Of a DNA stretch of 64,000 nucleotides, positions 37,573-50,560 are shown piece by piece. A program made the position numbers and the translations under genes. Below the pieces are notes generated by a model, which saw only the letters and a program-made list of their open reading frames with translations, was not told where the DNA came from and did not search any database. This stretch comes from Felis catus (taxonomy: Eukaryota). The number at the start of each line of letters is the position of its first letter. The first letter of the stretch is position 1. The stretch covers positions 3,598,001 through 3,662,000 of the forward strand of contig NC_058369.1 in assembly GCF_018350175.1 (NCBI RefSeq), given 5' to 3'.

Positions 37573-39691
37573 AAAAATAAATAAATAAACTTAAAAAGTA
37601 TTTTTTTAGAAAGAATCATGTAACAAGCACAAATGTGTCTTCTAACCAGTGGAAGAAAGGAAACGTTACTGATTTGACTGAAATTGGGTGACTTCTGGGT
37701 GCTTTGCCCCATTTTCCCCTCTTCTTTTCCGGACTGGCATCTGTCATTCTCGTATGAAGTTTTCTTTTCTTTTCTTTTTTTTCTTCTCTTCTCTTCTCTT
37801 CTCTTCTCTTCTCTTCTCTTCTCTTCTCTTCTCTTCTCTTCTCTTCTCTTCTCTTCCATTTTTTTTAGGCAGGCTTCATACCCAGCACGGGGCTTGAACT
37901 CACGACCCTGAAATCAAGACCTGAGCTGATATCAAGAGTCAGATGCTCAACCAGCCGAGCCACCCAGGTGCCCCTCACGTCTCGACTTTCATATTACGTA
38001 GAAATGCACCTGCTTGTGGGGGAAGTATACAATCCTGTGTTACATAGTTTAATGCTTTAAATGAATCAAGCCGTCCTCCAGCAGCTGGCTTTTCTAGCTC
38101 AGCGTTCGGGGCTCGAGATGCATTTGTATCCACACACCTGTTGTTCTGCTTTGTTTTCACCATGGCCACCGAGCGTGTCGCAAAATAGTTTGTAGTTTAT
38201 TTCTTCAGGCAGCCCCCCTCTACAAGATGGATGTTTACATAGTTTCTATGTGTTAGGTGTCAGAAAAGGGCTAGAAGGAACATCCAGACATCCGGACGAC
38301 CTTTCTTCCTGCACTGACGCGGGAGAGTTGCTCTCCGCCACCAACTGGTAACAAATATTTTGGGCTTTGTGGGCCACGTACAGTACCTGTCATATATACT
38401 TTCTTCTTCTTCTTTTGTTTTTTAAACCATAACTCATGGTCAAATCGTAGATTTCAGGGGCGCCTGGCTGGCTCCTTTGGAAGAGCGTGTCACAAACACA
38501 TAGATTTTAATACCGTGACAGAGAACACAACCTGTGTTTGCATCTACGTCTAGGTCTGTGAAAGAGACATCGTGTCATGAACTAATACTTATCCATGACA
38601 CATGCCTGCTGGTATTTTCTGTTTTACTCTATTCTACTTACTGTATTCCTTTAAAAATGTTCGTCACAGGGGCGCCTGGGGGGCTCAGTCGGTGGAGCGT
38701 CCGACTTCGGCTCAGGTCGTGATCTCGCGGTCCGTGAGTTCGAGCTCCGCGTCGGGCTCTGTGCCGACAGCTCAGAGCCTGGAGCCTGCTTCCGATTCTG
38801 TGTCTCCCTCTCTCTCTCTGCCCCTCCCCCGCTCACCCTCTGTCTCTGTCTCTCAAAAATAAATGAAAATGTTAAAAAATTGAAAAAATATATTCATCGC
38901 AACCTTCTGAATTCATTTTCCCGTTAGGCTTAGTGGACTTACTTTATTCTATTATTTTGCTTCATATAAAAACAAAATTTATAAAACATTAGCTGGTCGT
39001 AACCCACCAGATTAATTTTTTTCTGGTAAATTCTGGAGTCTACCTATTCAAAGCTATTATATTCTGTCCAACACATTGATGTTGTAAAAACAAAGCTTGT
39101 TACAACCCACCACATTTATATTTTCTGACCTATTTTATTCTATTCTTTCATGTTTTAGTATATATTTGAGGGTTTTTTTTTTTAATTTTTTGAGAGAGAA
39201 AGAGAGAGAGCGAGCAGGCAGGGGAGGGGCAGAGAGAGAAACAATCCCAAGCAGGCTCCGCGCTGTCAGTGAAGAGCGTGATGTGGGGCTCAAACTCACG
39301 AACTGTGAGATCATGACCTGAGCCAAAATCAAGAGTCAGACACTTAACCCACTGAGCCACCGAGGCGCCCTTATTCTCTCATTAAAAAAAAATTAATTGG
39401 GGCTCCTGGGTGGCTCAGTCGGTTGAGCGACCGACTTCGGCTCAGGTCATGATCTCGCAGTCCGTGAGTTCGAGCCCCGCATCGGGCTCTGTGCTGCCAG
39501 CTCAGAGCCTGGAGCCTGTTTCAGATTCTGTGTCTCCCTCTGTCTCTGACCCTCCCCAACTCGTGCTCTGTCTCTCTCCGCCTCAGAAATAAATAAACAT
39601 AAAAAAAAAATTAATCGCCACCCATCAACCATATTTTCTTCATTTCCTATTCTACTTATTTTATTCTCTGTTCTGTTTTCTTCTTCTATTT

Positions 39692-39737
<46 letters not shown>

Positions 39738-40530
39738 GTTTGCAAGCCCCCAAGTTGGCTTTTTTCTAATACTTTCCATTTTGGCCTTATGTATTCTTGC
39801 ATTTTATACAAATGAACTGGCATCCATCCCATTAAATTGATTTTCCAACCCATGAATGGGCGTCCATCTGAGGTTTGGAAAACACCGGTCCAGATAGGAT
39901 TGCTTTCCCTTGGAGACCTAGGGCTGACCCCTGACCCCAGGTGACCTCACCTCTACCCTCAGCCTCTGACCCCCTGCCTCCTCCTCCCTCTCCGCCTCCC
40001 TCTCCTCCAGGAGGCTAATTGCAGGCAGTTTTATTCTAAATCCCTCCAGTCATTCATTCGAAAATTCCTCGCATGCGTTAGAACCCTGCAGGTGTTAAGG
40101 AAGTGGCTGCCCTAACTCAAGGCCAAGCCTGTACCTCTGGCCTGTGGCTGAGAGAGGGGCCAAGAAGTACCAACGATGGCCCAGTGGCCTCCCACGCTAG
40201 GTCAGGTAGGGTGGCCAAAGCCCTCTGATACCCAATAATGTTGAGGGTACAAGCCCCACATTGGATTTCCCGGATCTGGGAGTGTCTTAGAGCCCCGCAT
40301 TCCTTTGGCATAGGTGAGCCTCTGGGGGTGGGGGGTGGGGGGATTCATCCAACCAGTATTTGTTTGCATCGATTTAGTGCCAAGTTCAAGGAAAACCCAT
40401 AGCAGTTAAGACAAGCCTAGTCCCAGGGCGCCTGGCTGGCTCAGTCAGAGGAGCGTGTGCCTCTTCATCTTGGGATTGTGGGTCCGAGCCCCAGGTTGGG
40501 TGTAGAGATTACTTAAATTAAAAAAAAAAC
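34770..40530. mobile_element. SINE-dense part of ARRDC5 intron 2 (about 13 CAN-SINEs in both orientations), with (GT)n 35564-35608, (CTCTT)n 37781-37855 and (CA)n 39695-39734
   Basis: SINE consensus and microsatellites read directly. Confidence 0.85.
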
Positions 40531-40849
40531 AAAACTTAAAAAACCTAAAAAAGAAGTAAGACCAGCCCAGTCCCTGCTCTGGTGGGGGGGAGGGGGACGA
40601 ACGCATAACTGGCACATTGAAAATGAACCGGGTCATTTCCGATGAGGCCGTGGTGGGATGCAAAATGGCGGGGGGGGGGGGCAGGAGTGAAGGAGAGGTG
40701 GGGTGGGGGCTCGCTTAGAGTCAGTGGTTAGGAAATGTCTCTGGGACAAGTTCCTTTTCCAAACGGTACTGACTCCTGGAAGAGGCAACGGGGTCCCATC
40801 TTTCAAGACTCTTAAAGGTACAAAGAGTGGAGAGGAGGTGAAGAGATCA

Positions 40850-41480
40850 GAGCCCTCGAGCCTGGCTAAAGGGAACGGGAAAACAGGGCAGCCACTGTGG
40901 AAAAACAGGCTGGCGGTTCCTCAAATGTGAAACAGACTCGTCATCTGACCCAGCAATGCCCCTCGAGGTATCAGGCCAAGAGAAACATGCAAAACTTTGT
41001 ACGACCTGTGCAGTACCTTGACTCTATGCAGCCGAGAGGTGGAGGAGACAACCCAAGTATCCATCAGTGCAGGAATGGATACACAAAATCGGGTCCCATC
41101 TGTGCCCTGGAATATTATTCAGCCGTAAAAAAGGATACATCACAGACGGAGCCGGCACAAAGGCGAGCGGGTGGGAGATAGCTGACACACAAAGGCTCCG
41201 GACCCTACGATTCCATTTTCATGGAATGTCCAGCACTGGCAAACCCAGGGAGAGAGGAAGCGGATGGATTAGTGGTTGCCAGGGGCTGGGGGAGGGGATG
41301 TGGGGAGTTTGAGGGGTGACAGCTAAGGGATGTGAGATTTCATTCTGGGGTGAATAGAACGTGCTAAAATCGACAGAAGGGCCGGCTGCACAACTTTGTG
41401 AACACACTAAAAGTCATTGAATTTGTGCACTGGAGGAGGGCGATTATAAAGTATGTGAAGTGTATCTCAATAAAGCTGTT
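40850..41480 (+). mobile_element. Old L1 (L1M) 3' end
   Basis: gcagccactgtggaaaaacagg...ggaatattattcagccgtaaaaaagg...ggattagtggttgccaggggctgg...tatctcaataaagctg. Confidence 0.75.
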
Positions 41481-42899
41481 TTGTTTTGTTTTGTTTAAGT
41501 GGAAGGGGAAAATGTCTGCTCCTCCCCCCTCCCCAGCTCCCCTCCCAGGGGGGCAGTGGCTGTTTTGTCAGTTTCTCTGGCCTCCTTCCGGAGAGTCGTT
41601 TGCTACACCTGCAAGGAAGTATATTTCACGCTCTCACCACCCGCTGCCGCGGGGCTCGGGGTTCTGAGCTTCTCAGCGCTCACGCCGTCCCGGGACTGAC
41701 ACGTCCTTGTCCGGTCTTTGTTTCTCTTTAACTTTTCCGTAGAGTGTACCTTGGACAGCACCCTGCCGGTCTCATTCTCCTAGCAATGAGCATTTAGGCT
41801 GATTCCAAAATTTTTTTTTTTTTTTTTGCCACCAAAACATTGCTGTAGGAGGTCACGTCACGCGTGAAAGAATATCAGTAGGAGAAATTTCTAGAAGGGC
41901 AGTGGCTGGGACAAAGTGCATGTTCACTTTCACTTGGATAGATGCAGCTAAAGTGCCCTCTGTTGGGGTTGCGACAGTTTATTCAGTGACTACGTGGCCT
42001 CGGAGCAGAGATCCGAAGGATGAGGAGGAAGGAGAGGAAGATCATATCATAGTGTTCCAGGCGGAAGGCACAGCCCGTGCAAAGGCCCTGGGGCAGGCCC
42101 AGGCCTGGAGTGTGGGCCGAACATTAAGGAGGCCCATTTGGCTGGAGCAGAGGGAGCAAAGGGGAGGGAGGGCAGAGGGGAGGGCAGGGTAGGGATGGGG
42201 CAGGTCACTCAGGGCCTTGTGGGCAGCGGGGACTTTGGCCTTTACCCTGAATGAGATGGGAGACGGGGAGGGCCGTGGGCAGAGGAAGGTCATCACCTGA
42301 CTGCCTCTGGCTGCTCTGAGGGCAGACTGGGGTCAAGAATCTGCCTGTACCTGGTTGATCCCCATCACTGCTCACTGTACCAGAGTGGTAACCTCTGCCC
42401 CGGTGCCCCAGCTCCTGCCCTCACCCTGCCCCCTCTTGTCTATCCTCCCCAAAGCAGCTGAAGGGAATGAAATGACGACCCTCTGCCCACCAGGGCTCCC
42501 ACCTCCATCAGAGGTGGGCCTTGTGCCCCAGGGCCTTTGCACGGACTGCTCCCTCTGCCCGGAACCCTCTACCCCAGATGTTCACATGGCTTTCCCCCTC
42601 TTCTCTTTCAATTCTCTGCTAAAATGTCACCTCCTCAAAAGGGCCTCCCTTGACCAGTCTGGTTAAGACAGTACTGAGTAGTCAGAAAAACCCAGTATTT
42701 TCATATCCTCAAAACGCATGTGTGATAACTCCCTTTGCTGCTCGGATCTTGATTTTAGATCTTCCCACTTACTGGGCACCTCCTGGGTGTGCAGACTTTG
42801 TGCTGAACACTCTGCGGTCTTCACAGGCACCCGTCAAGGGAAGTAGTTTTCTTCTTCTCATTGTGCAGATCAGGATAGTCAAGTCACGGCTTCGGGAGC

Positions 42900-42984
42900 C
42901 GGGGTGTTTTGTTTTGTTTTGTTTTTTAATATTTATTTTTGAGAGAGAGAGAGGGACAGACAGAGAGCGAGTAGGGGAGGGGTG

Positions 42985-43038
<54 letters not shown>

Positions 43039-43170
43039 CCTAAGCAGGCTCTGCTCTGTCAGTGCAGAGCCCAAGGCGGAGCCTGAACTCACAAACATTC
43101 GAGAGATCCTGACCTGCGCTGAAATCAAGAGTCAGCTGCTCAACCGATCCCCCCCCTGGGGGGGCCCCCT
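42900..43170 (-). mobile_element. CAN-SINE with (GA)n expansion
   Basis: SINE consensus. Confidence 0.8.
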
Positions 43171-44233
43171 GGGAGGTGTTAATTGCCCAAGGCCACCCAG
43201 CTAATAGCATATCTGTCAACGGAATCACAGGCTGGGTCCGACCCAGCACCGACATTTCCAAAGGGAAGGCCAGAGGAGGGCCATAGTTCACTCAGGGCTG
43301 ACACAGGGGGCAGATGGTCAAGCGGCCTTGAGCTCAGGCCTGATCATCCCAGGGCTGGTCCACCCCTCCAAGCATCTACCCTTCCTGAGACCCTCCAGGA
43401 CCATCGCAAGAGGTTGGCTGGGCTCCAGGTGATTCTTGTCACACGCATAACAATACTGGAGTTGGCGGCTGGGACAAGATTCTGGGGCACATCCTCCAAC
43501 CTGCGCCGGGCACTGTGGGAAGTTCGGGATTTACATGAAACATGAAATGGAGGTGGGGGGGGCGGGCTCTGGGATTCCTACCTGGATCTCGAAAACTAAA
43601 ACGCCAGCCATCTGAGCCACCATGATCTGATAGGAGTCCCCAGGGAAGTTACTTGGCCCAACGTCACTCCACCCACCTTGACTTCTACCTTGACTTCTCT
43701 GCACCTGGCCCTCCAGGAACCATCTAGAAAACCTCCTTTGCTTAGCCAGACCAACATCACATGGCCTTTCCTTTTCCAGGGCCAGAGGCCACCCTCTTTC
43801 ATGCCTCTTTTTGTGGGGGCACCATCTCTGCTGTCTGAGGTCTCAAAGACCCTGGAGAGTCACCGAGCATCCAGACACCTCTTTCACCCGTGGGTCACAG
43901 GGAGGTCTCTGCTTAGTCTTGACTTGTTGCAGGGTCAAGGGCATTGGAGACCACTCATTCTCTGTAGCTCCCCTCCCCCCAGCTGTGACAGCCACAAATG
44001 TCCCTGGACACCACCCAGTGCCCCTGGGGAGGCAGAATTGTCCGGGTTGAGAGCCCCCGGCCTTGCGCCTGCCCTGGTTTCTGATTCACCTTTTGTGAAC
44101 TTGGCCTGGGGAACCATCCGTGCCTTTTCCTTCTTCCTGGTGGGGGCCACCTCTGTCCCCTGCCTTCCCACCTCCCCCTGCCTCCCGTGAGCTTTGAGGA
44201 CAGGTCCGACCCCTGCTCCTCTCCTATCACTAC

Positions 44234-44439
44234 CTGCAGTGCGTTTTCTTGATGGAGGTCTGAAGTCCCTTGAATCAACAAGTACGTTCTCTTCTTTGCT
44301 AGAACGTGCTCCCGACCCATGCAGGAGGCTTGCACGAAGTAGGAGACGTGGCCAATTTTGCTGGCGAAGGTAGAAGGAAGCCTGGGAGGTAAGTTGAAAT
44401 GGAAGTCAAAGGTGTGGCTGCCTGCACTTAACCAATTAT
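44234..44439 (-). CDS. ARRDC5: Arrestin domain-containing protein 5, exon 2
   Basis: (D)[68 protein letters not shown]; tttcag| ... CAG|gtagt; 206 nt. Confidence 0.95.
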
Positions 44440-45179
44440 CTGAAAGCAAAACACACCAATGCCATCAGAAGGTTCTAGAATCTTTTTTTTTTCCTCCCCC
44501 CACTTTTTATTTATTATTTTGGCAAGGGCTTTGTTCTGGGCCTGGCCCGCCCATCCCCGAGCTAGGCTGAGCTCTGTGCTTTTAGGGCTCTGCATGGTCT
44601 ACAGATCTCAGGCCTAGGCCTCAGCCGGGCTGGAGGGGGATGGCCCCGGGCGGGTGATGTGGCTGGGGTGGGTCACCCCAAGCTACCCACGGGGATGTGC
44701 TCACCGCTACTCTGGATCTGCACAATTGGAGGTCCCGCCCTCAGACACGCATTCATTAGTTCAACAAACACATCTTGAGCGCCTACCTGCACCCCCAGTA
44801 CTGGGCACAACGCTGTGCCTAGAAGGCGCTCGATAAATGTTTGTGAAATAAATGAGTGAATCCACTGAAGGCTTGGGCTCATGCTTTGGAGGGGGAATGC
44901 TGGGCGATCAGAAAGGCTGGTATCTGACGCTGGGGGAGGTCTGGGTGCGGACTGTTTGCTTGCAAAAAGTGACACTTATGACGCCCTTCCTGTGTGCCCC
45001 ACGCTAGTCTAAGCCCTTCGTATACCATTAGGTCACTAAGTCCCCAAAACAATCTTATGAGGCAAGACTTTCTGGCTCCCATTTTCCAGATAGGTTAACT
45101 GAGACACGGAGAGGCAACACGGCTGCTGGCCAGTAAGGCCTGGCATGGGGCCGTTCCTGCCCCAGAACCTTCTGTTTCC

Positions 45180-45405
45180 TTTTTTGAATTAAAAAAATGT
45201 TTTTAATGTTCGTTTATTTTTTGAGTGAGAAGTAGAGTGTGAGCGGGGGAGGGGCAGAGAGAGAGAAAGAGACACAGAATCTAAAGCAGGCTCCAGGCTC
45301 TGAGCTGTCAGCGCAGAGGCCGATGCGGGGCTCGAACCCACGAACCGCAAGGTCGTGACCTGAGCTGAAGTCGGACGCTTAACTGACCGAGCCATCCGGG
45401 CGCCC
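45180..45405 (-). mobile_element. CAN-SINE in ARRDC5 intron 1
   Basis: SINE consensus. Confidence 0.88.
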
Positions 45406-46099
45406 GCCCCTACCATTCCGACCCCTAGAAATCTGCACAGCTGGTGTCCCTCCCATCACTCAGTAGTCACCTCTTTGAAGGGACCTCTGTGACCTCCCTA
45501 TCTAAAACTTTTAAAATTCTAGAATGAAACTTTGTCTAGCTGAGCATTGGCCAAGAGTTGTGGAACACCCGGGAACACCCCCGTGAACACATTTTGGAAA
45601 GGACATGTAGCTCCACGGCAGCTCAGCCTCCCTGGTGTCTGTCCAGACTTTGGATCTGAACCTTGTGGAGTCGGGGCCAAGTTATTCTTTCCCTAGAATG
45701 TCTCCCCTGCCCCTCTCTCTTTCCCGGTGACCATAGGACTCCTTATCTTTGTCTCCTCGGAGTTCACTGCTAGAGGGAGATTTATCTGTAAAATCACAAG
45801 AAAGATTTTTTTACTGGCCTCCCAAAGTGGTCATGGGGCTAAGGATAGCATTTTCCAGGGGAACGACTTTGATAGTTCATTTCGAATATCTGGGTCCTGC
45901 TCGGCTCTTCCTGTCTTGTTATTTTCGTGTTGTGAGTATCTGATGGTCATTGTTATACATAGCCTCCCTCCTGGGGAGGAACCAGGCCTCTGCCCCTGTC
46001 TGGTATCCCTGGGGGTTTGTTGATCAACTAACACATGTGTTTACCTTCCAGACCCAGCTTCCTATCATGGCTAGAGTTGGCCGCTGGCTTGGTCCTTAC

Positions 46100-46352
46100 C
46101 CTCTACTGGGAATGTCTTCGTCTTGTGCACATAGTCGGCCTTGTTGTTGCAAATAACATCCCTGCTATAATCACGGGACGCCCCGATTTCTTCATTCCAC
46201 TCCACGTAACCCCTTCCCACGAGCTCCACCTTCACTATGGGGTTCACCAGGGTGCTGTTCAGTATTAGAACCACCTGCCCTTCTATGCTGGAGCCGGCCG
46301 GGTAGACCACATCCTTGGGCAACACTAATTCGATCGACTTCACCACAGACAT
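46100..46352 (-). CDS. ARRDC5: Arrestin domain-containing protein 5, exon 1
   Basis: [52 protein letters not shown]...[10 protein letters not shown]|gtaag; 253 nt. The start is placed at MSVVK. Confidence 0.92.
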
Positions 46353-47399
46353 GGGGGGTTGGGGTGGTGGAGGAACATCCTCGCCCCTCCCCCATGACAC
46401 TGAGATCCCCGGTTCCTTTGCCGCGGTGAGGTCACCTGTCTGTGACATCATCCAGCCAGGGTTCTGGGAAGGGGCCTCCAGTGGCCGGGAGGGGAGACGA
46501 GGCTGTTGTTTGGGGGGGGGGGGTGGGACGGCTTGGGAATTCCAAAGCCCTCACTGGTTGGGGAAATGACAACCTGACCACTTTTTCCTAGGGAATAACA
46601 AATGAATACGCAAAAACAGCCACAGACCCTAACATTCCTGCCACGCTGGGAACGGCTGTCATCGTGTCCGGAGGCCAGAGGCCTGGGTGGGAAGAGTTCT
46701 CACAACACTCCGGTAAGGTAGACGTCATGAGCTCTGCTTAGAGATGGAGAGGAACGAGGAACGAGCCCCAAGGGATTTTCTGCTCTGTCAGATGGCCCCC
46801 ATGTGCGGTACGTGCGCTTCTCAGGGTTCATACGCTGGTTAGGCTCACCCGCTTCCATTGCCATTTTAATGGCTATTTACCCCAGTCGGAAAAAAATTAT
46901 GGATATGGCCAGGGTACGAAGTCTGGCGTGTCCCGATCGAAGATGCTTAGAGTGTTGTGTGCTCCACTTTGCACGAACACCCTCTCACCCATCTGACACT
47001 TCCCTTTACACCCGTGTCTCCCCCATCGAATGGGAAAGTCCCTCCAGGGCGGGAGGAACTTGGTGCCCACCCACGTCGGCTTGGCTCCAGACCTGGTTCA
47101 GACAAGAGGGGTGTCAGTAAAAGTTTGTCGAGCGACTTAATGACCTTCAAGAATATATGATTTTGCAAAAAAGGAGACCGAGGCCTTGCGCCCCCCTAAC
47201 GGTTTTCTTGGTGCCTGATCTGCGCGTGGGCTGATGCCTGAGTGGGAGGGCCGCTGGAGCACGAGAGGCACCAGGAAATGTCCGTTCTGCAGACTCCGGC
47301 AGGCCTCATTCATGGTCTTCGCTGTGTCTTGCTTTATTTTACACGATGTCTTCTGTAGACGTTGCCGTCTTGTCTCCTAAGCGGTTTGTCAGCTCTTGG

Positions 47400-47712
47400 A
47401 GATGCTCGGCTAAAATCAAGGTGTTCTGGGATTCTGGGGGAGACTCTTGCCCTATTCCTTGCCTGTTGACCTCATCATTCCAACCTCTCCTTCCCCGGTC
47501 ACTTCTCCTCTGACTTGGCCCCTTCTGCCACTCTCTTTCACTTATTAGGACCCTTGCGATGATTTGGGGCCAGCCTGCGCAATCTAGAATAACCTCCCTC
47601 ACCTAAAGGCCTTTAATGTAATTTAATCTGCAAACTTCCTTTTGGCATGGAAGCCACCGTATTCACCGGCTCCAGGGATATCTTTGTGGGGGACATGATT
47701 CTGTCTGCCACC
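47400..47712. mobile_element. MaLR (MLT1-type) LTR fragment between ARRDC5 and UHRF1
   Basis: aggacccttgcgatgatttggggcc...atctgcaaacttccttt...atctttgtggggg...attctgtctgccac. Confidence 0.6.
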
Positions 47713-48859
47713 TGGGGACACAACAGCAGAAGGGACTCTGCTCACTGCCTTCCCGTGCCGCTCAAGACACGAAGACCAAAGTCCTCCTGGTGGCCCTTGA
47801 GGCCCCAGGTGACACCTCTCTGACCTCATCCCTTCTCTGCCCAGCTACGCTGGCCTCTTGGCTACGCTCCCCCCCACCTTTCTAAGCCTTTTCCCGCCTC
47901 TGAGCTTGGCCGTGCCTCCTCGACCCATCTGTCCTTGGTTTCTATCTCAGATCGCAGCTCAAATGTCATCTGTTCAGAGAGGCCACCTCTCCACCTCAAC
48001 CGGAATGTCCTCCCTGCCCACTCCCACATGCCTCTCCAGCCACTGTCCTGGCTTTGCTGCAAATAGAATCTGAAATGATTAGCTTGCTTTATTTATTTAT
48101 TTATTTGTTGCCCGTCTCTCCAGACAAGAATTTACCCGTCTGGAGACCACCAACGGGGGTCGGCCTTGCCCATTGTTGGGCCCCCCAGCTCTGAACACCG
48201 TGTCCAGGCGCTTTGTAGGTGCCCAGCATGGGTCACTGTGTGCCCGCCAAGACTGGCCAGAGCAGAGCAGGCAGGGCGGAGGGGGCAGGGCAGTCCTGCC
48301 CGCCTGGACAGCCGGAGAAGGCGGGAAAACGAGGCGGGAAAACCCAGCAAACAAGCCCTGCGGGTGGGGAGCTCCAGCAGGCCCTGACGCCAGGAAATAG
48401 AGCTTGGGGCGATCAGGCTGGCCATCGGGGTGCAGGCGGTCTCCAGAGGGGCCCCAACATCCCACTGCGGTGTTTAAACATTGATTCCGGCCTTCCTTGC
48501 CCTACTGTCAGTGAGTGCCCGTGCCCGGGGAGACGGGCTGTGGGAAAGGAATTAAAAGGTCAGGGGGTCTTTACCCGGGGTCCCTCCCTAGGGCTCCTGA
48601 GGGACGCACGTAGTTAGGGGGGCCCAGCTCCCGCCACCGGGCCGGGTTGCACACTGGGCGCGCCCAGCAGAGCGCGCAGGGCTGGGCGGGGCCGTGGCCG
48701 GCTGGGCGGAGTGGGGCTGGATCGGGGAGGGGGCGCCCCCCACCCCCTTTCTCGCTTCCCGCCACTGCAGCGGCCAATCACCAGGCAGGCGCCCGCCCCT
48801 GGCGCGGCCTCCCGCGGCCCCGCAACTCCCAAACGCCGAGTTTTCGCGGGAAAAAAAAT

Positions 48860-49017
48860 CAGAGCAGCTGGCAGCGCGGCGGGCAGTGGTGGCCGTCCAG
48901 GGCGCTCCGGGTTACGGGCAGGTCGGCGCGGGGTCCGGGGCCACACACGCGTCTCCATCGCCATCCCCAGCCGGGCCAGGCGCGCAAGCAGGAGAGCGGA
49001 TCGGGGCGGCCGGAGAG
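48860..49017 (+). other. UHRF1: Candidate UHRF1 non-coding first exon A
   Basis: Follows a CCAAT/E2F module; donor GAG|gtgagc at 49018; 5' end approximate. Confidence 0.55.
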
Positions 49018-49589
49018 GTGAGCCTCCGGACCGATCGGGGTGCCAGCCCGGGCCGGGGGGTGGGGGGAAGGGCTCGGTGCACCGGGCGCGGAGACTTTGG
49101 AAAACTTTCCCGAGCGGCCCGGGGACGTGCGGCCAGCACGGGCGCACGCGTGCCCCGCGGCGTGGCTGCTGTGCACGCCGTCTCGGGCTCTGCCCCCGCC
49201 CCGCCGGCCCTCGGGAGTCGTCCTTGGCAGCCCGGGCGCTGCCCGGGGCTAGGGGAACGTCCCCAGAGCCCCGCGGGGGTCGCGCCCGCTGGGTGGGGGA
49301 GGGCCTGGTGAGCCGCAGGGGAGGATGTCAGGCTCCGCGCCTGCGCGCGGGGCGCCCCGCGATTCAATTGTCGCGCCCGAGCCCGATTTCGCGCGCCCTT
49401 AGTTCCCCGGGCGCGCCTGGGCCAATGGGGAGCGAGCGGGGCGGGGCAGCCGGGCGCGGCGGAGCCAATGAGCGAGGCAGCTCAAGTGAAGGGGGGCGGG
49501 ACTTGGCGCGCGGGGCCCCTCGGCCGGTCCCGGCGGTGGGGGTGGGCGTGGGCTAGTTGGCGTGGCCCGAGCGGACGGGCGGGAGAATA

Positions 49590-49661
49590 AGAGAGGCTCA
49601 GAGTCCGTGGGTCGGAGTGCCGGGAGCGCGAGACTGCCCGCGGGGCCGCGGTGGGGCCGAG
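49590..49661 (+). other. UHRF1: Candidate UHRF1 non-coding first exon B
   Basis: Follows the second CCAAT/GC/E2F module; consensus donor GAG|gtgagt at 49662; 5' end approximate. Confidence 0.6.
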
Positions 49662-49915
49662 GTGAGTCGCGCGGCGCGCGCGGGGGCGGCCGGGACGGGG
49701 CGGCCGGTTGCCATGGCCACCGCGGGGCCGGCCGCGTCGCGCGCACGCGCGCGGGCGGGGGGGGGGGGCGCGCGCGCCAGGGGTCGGGGGCTCGGGGGTT
49801 TGGGCGTGGGGGGGATCGTCCCCCTTGGGTCACACTTAGTTGAGTTACTGGGACTTCTGAAGTTCCAACCCGCGCCGGACTTTTGGGTTTTCCCCTTGCG
49901 TCAGTATTAATTCAG

Positions 49916-49955
49916 AGAATGAATGAATGAATGAATGAATGAATGAATGAATGAA
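49916..49955. repeat. (GAAT)n microsatellite
   Basis: Read directly. Confidence 0.9.
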
Positions 49956-50305
49956 CGAAGAAATAAACGAACGAACCTGGCCCCTCACCGTTCGGCCGTG
50001 TCCTCCTTCCTGCTCCGGACATGATTGTCTTCCCTGTGTGAAAGGCGGAGTGGGTTGGAGTGAGTGGTCCGAGACGCCGATTGCCTTCCCCTAATTTACT
50101 CTCCCTCCTCACCTCTCCGCCCTTGCTGGTCATTAATGCATTAATTCCTTCACTTCCTCTGCCGGGCCCTGGTCAGCTGTGGCTAGTTCGGGGACTCACG
50201 CGCCGGGAGGGCGTTCGAGGAGTTTCCTAGTGTCCTCAGGGTGGACAAAGGCCAAGGTGACCTGAGAATGGCACGGTCTGGTGGTGGCGGCAGCAACGGA
50301 ACTGA

Positions 50306-50560
<255 letters not shown>

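Larger units (their letters stand above)
33830..46400 (-). other. ARRDC5: ARRDC5 gene span; CDS join(46100-46352,44234-44439,33874-34401), 987 nt, 328 aa
   Basis: Spliced translation gives an alpha-arrestin (arrestin N and C domains) matching ARRDC5, in its expected position between PLIN3 and UHRF1. Transcript ends are approximate. Confidence 0.93.
48600..49830 (+). promoter_or_regulatory. UHRF1: UHRF1 CpG-island promoter with E2F sites, CCAAT boxes and GC boxes
   Basis: Very CpG-dense. E2F-type TTTTCGCGGGAAAA 48841-48854, TTCCCGCC 48756, TTTCGCGC 49387 and TTGGCGCG 49503; CCAAT at 48774, 49422 and 49465. Confidence 0.88.

Noticed and set aside
46353..46451. In-frame upstream ATGs (MMSQTGDL...) extending ARRDC5 by 33 aa
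   Set aside because: They overlap the promoter-like CRE motifs and probably lie upstream of the TSS; similarity to ARRDC5 starts at about PQPP-MSVVK.
48614..49910. Long Arg/Gly/Pro-rich ORFs (up to 281 aa)
   Set aside because: Artefacts of a stop-poor CpG island.
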